A stretch of 64,000 nt of DNA. Source: Ascidiella aspersa (taxonomy: Eukaryota). The first letter of the stretch is position 1. Each line of letters starts with the position of its first letter. A program made the translations under genes and the position numbers. The DNA lies in assembly GCA_963924565.1 (NCBI GenBank), contig OZ004608.1, forward strand, positions 11,098,001 through 11,162,000, read 5' to 3'. Positions 28,101-39,400 of the stretch are shown one piece after another. Under the pieces are notes generated by a model that worked only from the letters and a program-made list of their open reading frames with translations, made no database searches and was not told where the DNA came from.

Positions 28101-31100
28101 ATTGATTCAAGCTACTATCCAATCACGTTGTGTGCTGATACTTCTAAATTATAACTTTGGCTAAGAAAGTATGTGCCACTTGAAAAGATCTTATTCCCGG
28201 CTATAGATATAGATAACCTCAAAAGATAACAATAACCTCAAATATTGATAAAGAACGGTTTATACATTAACCACTAGGCTTAAACTGCTTCTGCTTCAAG
28301 AGGTACAGAGTATTAGCTACACTTTGCCCAAAACCTTGGTTATTGAACAGCTGTAAGACCACAGTCGATCAAGTGTTGGTCCCATGCTGGTCATTATATC
28401 AGGAGATGCAGTTCCTGCCTGACTTTCAGATTCAAGTTTCTCCTTGTCAGGATCTGTATATTATAAAAGAACATGGACATAAAGTACTGTTTTTAAGATG
28501 TTCAATAAATATAAGTCCTACCCATCAGTATTTGCATGCCCCTGTATGCAGCTTGTTTTGGTTGATAGATGTTTTCTGTGACCACCCTCTCCATTATGAC
28601 GAGTTGCTGTTTAATGCTGTCATCATTGCACACTGCCTCCCATTGTGGATTCACACCTAAAATAAGTGGTTATAACTGTTTTAAATTAAATGTTGGAAAA
28701 AATCTTTAGGTTGGAATGTAGGCTCTGTATTTTTACAAAAAGTTCAATTTTTTTTGTATACACTTGTCAACAAAATTTAGAGCAACATGTTGCTTAAAAT
28801 ATTGCCAACTACACTTCCAAAATATTTTTAAAATGTGCCCCTGAGGAAGGGGGAAACAATTTTACATTGCTACTTTAAGTGAAATGGCAAGTATAATTTT
28901 CAGAACAAAATCATAAGCCTGATTTTGTCAAAATATATATTATGACTGATAAAGCAACTATATATTATATATCTGTATAATTTATACCTGATCTGAACCT
29001 TTCAATATTCTTTATCCAACTAAGTTTATTTTAAAACAAATAACTGCTGACCAAAAATGATAAAGGAGTAATTTATTATACATTTGTGATCCTGCTTTGT
29101 TATCTGTATCACATTACAGAGTCTCAGATATTTTGTCAATGAGTAATCGCACTACCTGTGGGGAGTTACCCAGGTTATAAGCTGTATCCACACTACACAT
29201 CAAGATTCGGTTTAACTTGCAACTTTTCTGTTTAGCCTGTAATTTCAGAATGTTTAAAAGATAACAAATAAGAAAAAAAAACAGGTCACCAAGTTAGCGT
29301 AATGACAGGATTCAGTTATCATACTTGAATTGCAAGAAAATCCTCTCAAATTTCTGAAATGGTCTCTTATAGTATAGCCTATAAGTAGATTACCGTTTTC
29401 ACTCTCTTGTGAAGCCATGACAGGGGCAAGTATTTGATCATCAGCCTCACCCATGACTGAAGCTGTTAGGACACTGGCTCTGCTTTCTGAAATGCAAAAC
29501 AGTAGAAAAATTGGAAGGTGTTTTTTTTTTAGTTTTTAATAATTAAAAAAAAACATTTTATTATAAATATGTGGCAAATTGTTTTATTGTGACATATTTA
29601 GAGAATGTTAAATGCTAGTATGTGTTTAGTCAGACATAACATTTTGTTTATTTTTGTAGTATAATTACATTTAATATTAGTTTTACAGTGTCTGACAATT
29701 GGAATCTCTAATTTTGACCATTGAAATACAGGGGGGCCATTTTTTATAAGTTTAATGATGTTATTTTCTTAAATATTTTACCCAATTTTAATAAATAACA
29801 AGTTTAATATATTAAATTTTCAGATTTGTTGTACTGTAATCGTGTTAATAACTTTATTTTGTTGAACTGCTCTGGAGTTGTACTATCATGAAGAAATCAG
29901 CTGGCGCCAGCCTGCAAATCTACTCGCAAAATGTTAGTTGCGACATCCACAGTGAAAAGCTGGCAAATATGGAAGGGATGGGCCCTGATTTCACCTTTGA
30001 ATCAAGAAGTAATAAAATTGTGGAAACAATTTGCAAACTACAACCAGATGTGGTAGCATTAAATGAGGTTTGTATCAACACTGTTTCACTTTATATTAAA
30101 GTATTATGATTATCTGTATAGCAGCTAGTGTGCATATATTAATATTTTTGTAATGTCCAAAAGCAAAGTCAATTATTTGTAGTGCAAAAAACTAACTCAT
30201 TATTGTACAAGCCCTTTAGATTCTGAAAAAGTGTTTGCCAAAAAAAATATTTAAAATCCTAATATATTTAAGGGTGTGTAAACTCTATATTGATTAAGTT
30301 TGTTTAGAAACTGCGTTTGTCAAATAAACAGAAAGTTATACCCAAATTTTGTTTCTTTATTAATCCACAGATAAAAAACAAAATATTGGTAACAATATGT
30401 GCAACTTAACACTTTATAAAAACTATCATATTTTTTCCAGATAAGATATGATACATTTGTTAAGCATATAGGCGAAAAATTTAATGAAGGAGGTTATACT
30501 ACGAAAAACTTTCCGAACAATGATAGCCAAATGTCCTTCAACAACATTTTGGCTGTAAAAAACAGCAGCAAAGTAAGGATTACAACTTATCAATTTGAAT
30601 TAGTAAATTTGGTAGATAAAATCTATACACTACTTTAATATCATTTTATTAAACAGAAGTAGAAAATAATTTGCCTTTTTTAATATTGTTTTATTGGCTT
30701 AATTTTAAAGTAGTAAGAAGTTTTATGCTGTAGCTGTATGCTAGCTTTGGAACTGCAAAAAATCAGTGGTCCTACACCTAACTTCAAAACAAACTGTTGG
30801 CCTAATACAGGGGTTACCGAACTGCGGTATAAATTTTTCTGGCATGCGCCATATTTTCAATATGATCCTAAAATAATACAGTTATATAAACCATAGAGAA
30901 ATGATTGCCGGATGCAAAGCTAAACTAAGTTTTGGTAAAATTTGAAACTTAATGACAATTTCATGAAGCTCAGTATAAATTTTTGTAATATTTTTTTCTC
31001 TATTCTCATTTTTATAATAACTAATACAAATAAGGTGAATACAAATTTTATAACTAATCAGGCCCGCGAACTCCCAATTGTTACAGTTATCAGGCCCCTT

Positions 31101-34100
31101 AAAAAATGTTATCGATCCCTGGCCCACCTGAAGTTAGAACCCAATTTGTGATTTTGGCCATAGCAGGGCACACTGTGCAACTGGTCTATGTGTACAAATG
31201 TGATACACAGTTTAAACATTAAGATTCATTAACATTTGTATTTTGTTTATTACTGTGTAGTGGGATGTGGAAAAATGGTGCCACAAATGGGTTGCTTTGG
31301 ATGAAGATGATAAGCCCTGCCTTCAAGATAGCGAGGCTAAAATCGAGGGTGACCCACATGGAAGAGGGGCTGGTATTGTGTACCTCACACATTTGGACAG
31401 CGGTGCCATGGTAGGACACATTGTAGCATAAAGATATTTAATACCACTGTTTCCATTGGAAACATGTTTTAGGCATATGCAAAACAAGTCATCAAATTCT
31501 GCTCTAAAATGTTTAGTGTTTATTTTGTTATAAAAGTATATATAACAAGTGCTTCCTAAAAACTAATACAACCAAATCTGCATTTGTGTCTGTAATAACG
31601 TATTTTAATATATTACTTTTTTGTTAGGTATGTGTGCTTGTATCACATGTCGTGCCATTCGGCCAAGTAAAAATTAATCAACAAAACGCCCTGCTTTCTA
31701 TGAGCAATGTAAACCTCAACTGCATCCCACAAGTTCCAACCATAATAGTTGGTGACCTAAATAGATTTTCGGATGAGGCTGACCAGTTTGCAGCACAGTT
31801 AAAAGAATACAGACTTAAAGAAGCATTACCAGAGCATCTTGTCATACCCAGCTCGCCAAAAGACCTAATATTCCGAGGAGAAAATATTGGCACTTTTAGT
31901 CCTTGGCCTACGGACGAAAAGGTGTATGAGAGGCTTCTAAGAGAGCCGATTAACCAATCTTTCTTGGACGTCCACACCTACACAGACTGTGAATCACTTG
32001 TGAAAAACACCAAAACGATAACACACGCCTCAATGATGAAGTCTCCTAACTGTGAACCACCACCGGAGGGGGTAAATGCCGTAAGACACATGCTCAACAA
32101 GCGGATGGCATCTGACCATATCGCTATTTTGGGAACATATGAGGTTTATGGAGGGACTGTAAATACTTGAGGGAATGAAGTGCTTTAGTTTTATTAAATT
32201 ACCAAATTTACTATTTTTTTGTTTAATCGTACATTTATTGTGTTGAATCATCAATTTCTGCATGGTCCTAAATAAGGCTTTGCCAGCATTGGCCTGCTAT
32301 TATCCAATATGCAGTAGGGTTAATTTTTTTTGTATAAAGTAGGGATAAAACATAAAATATTTTATTTTATTCCCGATTGTAACCCCCAAAAAATCTAGTA
32401 TTTTTTCATTTAACTGTTTTACAAAATCCTTACATGTCATTTGAAATCAGTGTAAGATTTTTCATGGGTAACTTATTTATGCTTTACTGAAGCAGCTTAC
32501 TCTTTTCTAAAACATTTTTCTTCAGTTTTCGACCAAAGTTTGACTCATTTAGTGTTCTTGCAATTGTAATTACTTTACATGAATTATTTCTGCTTCTAAA
32601 CTTGTTTTCACTGTATTTTAGTGTGTATTCTTATCATTTATTAAAAAAATGTAAACAAGAAGTTGGTCAACAGATTTGAAAATATTAGGTTGTTTTAATA
32701 GTTTGACTGCTCTCGTTTTTAGTTTTGCTCTTTAAACATATTTCTCAGGATTGGACAGTTTTATTTTAAAAGGTTAATTATTTTGCTGTCAAAGACTTAA
32801 ATTAAACTTTTTTATTCAATATATGACTTATTTTGGAAAAAAACTCTTGTTGTTGTTTTAAATGTTAAATCAAAACAAAATTAGTAATTTTAACAATCTA
32901 TATTAAAATTAGGAAGTCCAAATAATTAGAAAGTGATTTCAAAAATTTTAATTCAACATACCTGTCACCCGGGATGTCCCAAGACTTTCTTCTTGACTTG
33001 TCCCTTTACGGTGCGACTCATTTACACTCACTGTGCGGCTGTTAGGGCCCATAATGGACTCATTGCTAGGGTCCTCAGTTGGTGGTGCTGTCTGTGTTGC
33101 ATAGGTGTCATACATATCCCAAGATGTCACCATTATTCCAGTATCAACCAGTCCAACCTAAATATTGTAAAGCAAAGATAATGGAATGTTTTTTTATGCC
33201 AGAAACAAACTGATATACTGATAAGCTATAAAAACTTGTGGCGTCAATATTTCACACAGAGGATCTTTTACAGAAAAATTAGCCTGAACATTAGTCTCAA
33301 ATTGGAAGTCAGGTTTTGGAGTTAAAGTTATGTATCACTCAAATAACAAAAACAGAAAATTACCTTCTCTGCTTGAATTTCCTTGTGTTTTTGTGCATTG
33401 TTAAAGGTTTGCATTCCCCTCTCAGAAAATTTGTCGTTGCCTTCTTTTGTTTTGCATAGCTCCTCGTATGCCTGATTTTTGCTCCTGTTACCAAATCAAA
33501 GTCGAAAAATATGATTATAGGCCTCAGGCCTCATATAAAAACATATTTTGAGGTTTTTACTTCAAAACTACACAGAACATTTAAAAAAAAAAAGAGAATC
33601 GATCTCCAGTTATTTTAAAAAAAATACTGTTACTACTTATATGATATAATTCTTTTACAATTCGGAAAGCTTTTACAGATTTACGGAGCCTACGTGGTCT
33701 ACTTGAACGAAAGTTTTTACTAGGCTGATAGTTTCTTTCAATGATTAGGACAACTTGTTTAGACCTGAAAGGTCATGAGGTCATCTTTCCAACATAAATA
33801 TCTTCAGTTATACCTGTATCACAGAGTTTGACTAACTTGAAAATTTATAAACCAATATTAGTCAGCAGATGCCAGCTGAACGCATCTGAAGTTAATCAAC
33901 TTTTCTGGTAGACAACTATCAATGTAAAACGCCTAGGACTATAATGCAAGACATTATGGTAGCCCACACTAAGCTGCTACATAAAACAACAAAGAAGAAT
34001 CGTTTGCCAGAGTTGTTAATCCTTTTTGTTCATAGTGCTGCTACTTCCTTAATTAGTGTGGGACATTTCTTGGTAAAAATGACATACTCTATTGCTTTTG

Positions 34101-36157
34101 CATCTTCAGCCTCTTCTGACACAGCAACTCCTTTCTGCTCGAACATCCAGATGGTGTCTGTCTCTTCCAGGATGATGTCCACCACCTTGTTGAGGTCCTC
34201 TTCTGTTAATTCTTCCACTTCTTCTTTTCTCACCGTCATCACATCTATTTACCATATAAAGCAATTTTAACTTTGTTTCAAAGAGACTTTACGGTTTTCA
34301 AGTGTTCAGCACACTTTATCACCACAAAGTAAAATTTATTATATAATATAATATAAAAAAGCAGACCAGTTTACCCGCAAAGCCCGTCGTAATATCTGGT
34401 CCAGTTTCTGTGATCTCGCCACTTGATTCAATTGAGGATTTTCTTGACCGGACTGAGCGGTTCGATGTGCTTCCATAAATTGATCTTTGGTAAACAATAG
34501 AATTATAAATGTATTTCTCCATGTTAGATTAAATACCATATAGGTGGAGGATAGAAAACAAAAAATAAATTGCGGTGTTTATGTAACAAAATTGCGAGTT
34601 TAACACTTATCATGACATTTGTGTGTTGGTGTAAAATAATCAATTGTTTTTTGTACCTGCTGAAGGGTTGGGCATATGCACTGGCAGTCCCAGTTTGATA
34701 CATCGATGTAAACGACATGGCGTCAGTTGGTGTGCCAACAGTGGACTGATTGTCGCTGCCAAACAACTGACTCTTTTGCAATGTTGGATCAAGGGTGTAC
34801 AGTGGCTTAGGTGTTACGTCATGTCCATCATCATCTATCACCTGTTACATTTCAAAAGTGTTGCCCGTTTCTATTTATTTTAATTTGTTAGTAATTCAAA
34901 CATTTTTAGTACACTGTTTAAAAAGCATAGCAATAGTTTAAACCAGTATTCTCAACCCAAGGTACACAAACCACTAGTGATATGTAAGGGATTTTAGGCA
35001 ATAAGGCAGCGTTATTAATATTATGTGCGGTTTAAAAAAAGTATCGTACAGTCTTTTTCCTTTGAAAAATTAATCAATCGATAATCTGAAATATTCTTAT
35101 TGCTTTTCATATGTTAGCAATTTTTGGTCAAATTAACTGATTGCTTTGGTTCTTACCAATCAGCCGGTATGCAGTGCTGGCAATAAAACACTAGGCGGTT
35201 CTCATTTGAAAATCACTAAGGTTAACAAAATTGAATTAGCTCACAATTATTTCCAGCTTTCCTGGGCCTGATGGCTTGGCCTCACTCATTTTTGTTTCAC
35301 TCATTGTCACGCTTCTGCGGCTTTGTGAGATGTTTGCATCGCTCCTCTTTGAAAAACGACTTTGACTTGTTGTGTTTAAAATGCTCCCAGGTTTAGTTGT
35401 CCTGGAACTGCAAAATACAAGACGTTTTGTTCATTTAGAATCACAATATTGAAAATGTTTTGTATGCATTCCTACAACCATTTCTTTTTTGTCCACATGA
35501 ATCTTTTCAACATAATTCATAAGCACCATTTTTACCTACCTTATGGGTTTGCTTGTTATTTAAAACCATGCTACTATCTGCAAATATTGGGCTTAAGGTT
35601 GGTTCGCTCAAGGCAAGTTTTGCGCCTGGCGTAAGCATTTAAGCGCCAGCCGATTCACATATCAAGCAATGCTAGCAAATTTGTGCACTCCCTAATGGAC
35701 AGCATTAAAGTTAACATATATGAACTTTCTACAACCAAGCTTTTTGTTGTTAAAGTGCCCATGGTTTGCACAATGTGTTTAGTGTGAACCATCCTTATTT
35801 CGGCACTGGTCTAGAATCCTACCACATTTTTTTCTGGGGGTTGGTATTGCTAACAATATTTGGGTTAGGGTGCGAGTTTGGTTTTGGGTGGGTCAAGTAG
35901 TAGTCTTATATTTATTTTACCATATTTATTTCTTCCTTGTAATTTTAATTTGACGACTTGTTTCGTTACTGTAAAAAAATAGTGGTAGGATTCTAAATTT
36001 CTCTGTGCAGGTGCAACCAAACAGTTTAAAATATTGTGTAGTAATTTATTATGATCGTGAAGCACATCACAAGCAAAACAGTTGGGACTAATTCAAAACA
36101 TAATTCAACCTACACAAACAAATTATTCCCCTTCGTGCTTTGCCGCATCTTGGACAT
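25154..36157 (-). CDS. DNAI4: Dynein axonemal intermediate chain 4 (WDR78), about 810 aa, 18 exons
   Basis: Exons 36157-36120, 35407-35245, 34841-34657, 34484-34375, 34244-34088, 33484-33364, 33157-32962, 29486-29394, 28656-28522, 28453-28335, 27991-27854, 27616-27465, 27255-27101, 26917-26805, 26483-26308, 26153-26004, 25614-25464, 25234-25154; phases all compatible (2433 nt). WD40 motifs MERVVTENIYQPKQAAYRG, CCWNLKNPEYPER, EILVSISADGRIVQWSIRKGFEC and [25 protein letters not shown]. Exon 1 is the least certain. Confidence 0.92.
26515..26749. mobile_element. Degenerate hAT/Charlie-type MITE in a DNAI4 intron
   Basis: Right end AAAAAGGTTGGGAACCACTA followed by ATTTAGAC; left end eroded, so the start is approximate. 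Confidence 0.45.
29888..32170 (+). CDS. Exonuclease/endonuclease/phosphatase (EEP) superfamily protein, 334 aa, 4 exons, nested antisense in DNAI4 intron 7
   Basis: Exons 29888-30067, 30441-30572, 31261-31410, 31628-32170 (1005 nt, three phase-0 GT-AG introns, no internal stops). EEP catalytic motifs occur in order: SQNV, PDVVALNE, VSH, IIVGDLN, GTF, FLD, SDH. Confidence 0.85.
30808..31121. mobile_element. Degenerate hAT-like MITE in intron 2 of the nested EEP gene
   Basis: Ends CAGGGGTTACCGAACT and GTTATCGATCCCTG with GGCCC-rich subterminal motifs; TSD not convincing. Confidence 0.4.
35802..35995. mobile_element. Family A MITE copy in DNAI4 intron 1
   Basis: Left GGCACTGGTCTAGAATCCTACCAC, right GTGGTAGGATTCTA. 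Internal GGGTGGGTCAAGTA is a near reverse complement (one mismatch) of the TACTTGACCCGCCC core of the 24087 copy. Confidence 0.75.
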
Positions 36158-36394
36158 GTTGATAATATTCAAGGAAAAATAAATTCAACTTTTTTAATAT
36201 CCTTTAAACAAAAAAAGTTATCTTACAAATATGCAAGAACGAAGGTAATTTTTAAGCTACAAGCTGTTATCTATATATATACATCTGGATCAAGTTGTGG
36301 CAGCGTTTGTTGACCAGGAGTTGGTTCCCAAAGTAATATATATCGTTGTATATCAACCAAGATTTAACCTGGTTTTAAAACGCGGGCTTCTGTT

Positions 36395-36408
36395 GTTGTC
36401 TTGGAGAT
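36395..36408. promoter_or_regulatory. Degenerate RFX X-box upstream of DNAI4
   Basis: GTTGTCTTGGAGAT about 240 bp upstream of the DNAI4 ATG; a partial match in the expected position for a motile-cilia gene. Confidence 0.45.
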
Positions 36409-36499
36409 TAGAAATAAATCCGGAGCAGAATTGGTATTAAATCCAATGCAACACAGTTTTTATAACACTATATCTCTTTGATTAAAGTAAGGATTTTTA

Positions 36500-39400
36500 G
36501 GTTAACAATTTTGTTACTTATAATTCCATTAACAAAATGCATACCACTATAATTACCAAGGCCTCTACCTGTGGCTATCTGAGGAACTGTCATATATAAA
36601 TAGATTTAAGGATTAAGAAAATGCAAACCCAGTCACGACACCACTTTTTCGTGACAACGCCAACTAAATTAATGGTTGGAAAACCGAATTAGGAGAGTGT
36701 GTTGAGTAAACTATTTTTTTATTACGTTGGAACGTTTTTCTGTAACATTAGCTATAATAAAATTTTATTTTTAGTCGGATCATCTTATCTTGCCATCAGC
36801 AAAAAAGTAGTTTAGTTATATATTTCTGCTTGGTGGCAGTAAAGATCCAGTAATAGCCTATCATTTAAAAATCGTGATTTTTCCATAATCTTTTGTCAAA
36901 TATCATGACCCGGTAGGACGATTATTTTTGACCTAAAAATGGAATACATTAATTTTAGCAACACGTTGTTGTATGAAGTACTGTATGAGTTTATTGGCGC
37001 TACCAATCACTTGTTTTGGTGTTTTGCTGACGACCGGTGTAACACAAATCAGGTATTTTTATACAAAATTCTTAAAAATGCTTCGTTGATATCCCAAGAA
37101 AACAAACAACTATGAAAATAAGACGATGTTTGTTTTAGAAAATTGTTCACTAGAAAGTTAAAATGCAAAGTAAAAAGAATAGCAAAAATTGACAATAACT
37201 GTAGCATATAATCGAAATAGGAAATGATATATTTCCAATCACCACAGAAAAAGACACGGCAACGACTGTTATTTATTTTATAAAATTAAAAACTGGTAAA
37301 TCAACAGCACTTACTTTTAACGCTGACAGCACGTGAATGTTTTTTATTTAAACGAGGTGATGTACTATAATTTTGGTTGTAAAAAGCACTATGGTAGCTC
37401 TTGCGTTGTTTATTGTTACTTCCTTAATAAAACCAAAAGAATTTGACATAAAATCGACGAACTTTACCATCAGACCCCGCCATTCCGTTCTCCTACGATA
37501 ACATAACAAGACGCCCTTTGTCCAGGCTATTTTGTGGCGTAAAGAGAAAGCATAATGTTTGCGTTGCCACTTGGTTTTTCAATTTTAAGCGGCTATATAT
37601 CGTCCTACCATGCAATCTGAACTTTTAACAACCAATAAACTGTGTTTTTCAGGGCACCTGCGATGCGAGACTATCGCGCAGTTGTAGTCGGAAAAGTCTA
37701 ATTTTGTAGTACTGCCAACTGCTGACGATATCTGTGTACAGAAAACAAACTGCTTTGTTGTGCAACCGCGATCGCACATACTGGATTTTAAATTACAATT
37801 AGCCACGTAAAATATGAGTTTGAGCCGTAGCCTACTGCGGCCGGAATTGTTGGATGCCTTGTCGTCTATTCATTATTTTCAATTCCGCATTTTATTGTAT
37901 TGTATTTAATCTAAAACGACGATTCTTATTGTGTGTGATACAACCTTTAAAATAATAATTAGTACCTATTTTTTAAATTACTTAGCTGATTGTTGGTATG
38001 CCATCTTTAGAATTTACAGTGAACTGCATGAAATGGTGATATAATCCACCTTTATTTTATGTCAATATTCAACACTTCAAAATAAACAAATTTATGTAAG
38101 GTGTTTATATTTCTTTATGACGTCACGATTTAACGTAGTTTTGTGACGTCATTTCTGAAAAAAATTTCAAGGTTCCCCAAACAAAAATCTTGGATCCGTG
38201 CCTGGAGCTAACCATTTTTATCTCATAACCGACTGCGTAAAATACAGAATAGGCTTTTTAAAATATTTTCATCCATCTACCAGCACCACTAAAAAACTGG
38301 TTTTAACAATCGGTAAATTTTAAGTGATTTAGGAATTAAGGTCAAGGTTTATATCCTCCTATTGCGATTAGTAGCTGCATTTACTCACATTGCTATATGG
38401 CGTAATCGTAAATACAGACATTTCAACTCAAGGGCGACATTCCCCTTTCGAAGCACCTCCGTCGCCCAGCAGAGAAAAGGCAACGCGGCGTTGATATTAA
38501 CTTTCCACACTTGACCCGCGGGCGTAAACAGCGGGGTCGGGGGTCGGATGAATCAGACAATCAGATATTGGCACTGTTGTTTTTGCGGCCCCCGTTTGAA
38601 GGCGGGGTAGCCTTCTCTCACGCGCCCCAGTCGGGCTTACGTGATTTCGTCGTTGCGCCCCAGATTTTATTGGCAATTCGATCCGGGCGCGGATCCCCCA
38701 AAAAAACAGCTGCGAGTCGCTGCTGGGCCTCATTTCCTTTCGCTTAACGGAGGAACCATTACCTCGAATACTTTGCCTTGACGACGCTGGACGTTTCCAA
38801 GGGTTTGATGCGATTCGGACAGTCGGGTTAATCTTATAAAGTGCGTTGCACTTCAGAAATGTCTGATTTATCAGCGATAATGTTTAGTCTTTGCGGATGG
38901 CGTTTAGGGTTCAACCTTTGGACTGAGATACTTCTGACAACCTGTGGTTTGGGTGCTCTTAAAATTTACCATTTGTAACCCGCTTCTCCTTTTGACAAAC
39001 AGCCCGCGAAAACCATCTATAAAAAAGGAAAAATCGCCGCAAAAAAGAAGAAAAAGTGTATAGGTGTTGATTTTAGGTTTTCCCAAACGTTGTCAAAAGC
39101 CGGAGAAATTCCTTTCAAGGACCGCGCTCAAACTGTTGAAACAGGCCGAACACCACCGCCGAGCAATTTGCCAGAGTTTTGCCAGCTGAACACACGCGGC
39201 AGCAAAGCCAAGTCGAATTAAGGCGTGCTTTGTGCCTTGGCTGGGAGCGGCGCAGATCTAATCGACTTTTAAATGCTCTAACGTCCCAAGCATTTCACGC
39301 GCACATTCGGGCGAGCGCAAACCGCATCAGATAACTTTAAAGTTGACACAGATTTGGCTGCGGCCCTGGAAAGTCGCCGAACAAAAGCCAAACAAGGCAG

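Noticed and set aside
29888-32170. EEP gene as a LINE retrotransposon endonuclease
   Set aside because: It has spliceosomal introns, a stop right after SDH, and no reverse transcriptase or poly-A tail.
35540-35577. Possible 38-nt cassette exon in DNAI4 intron 1
   Set aside because: Its phases are incompatible with the flanking exons; exon 1 joins exon 2 in frame without it.
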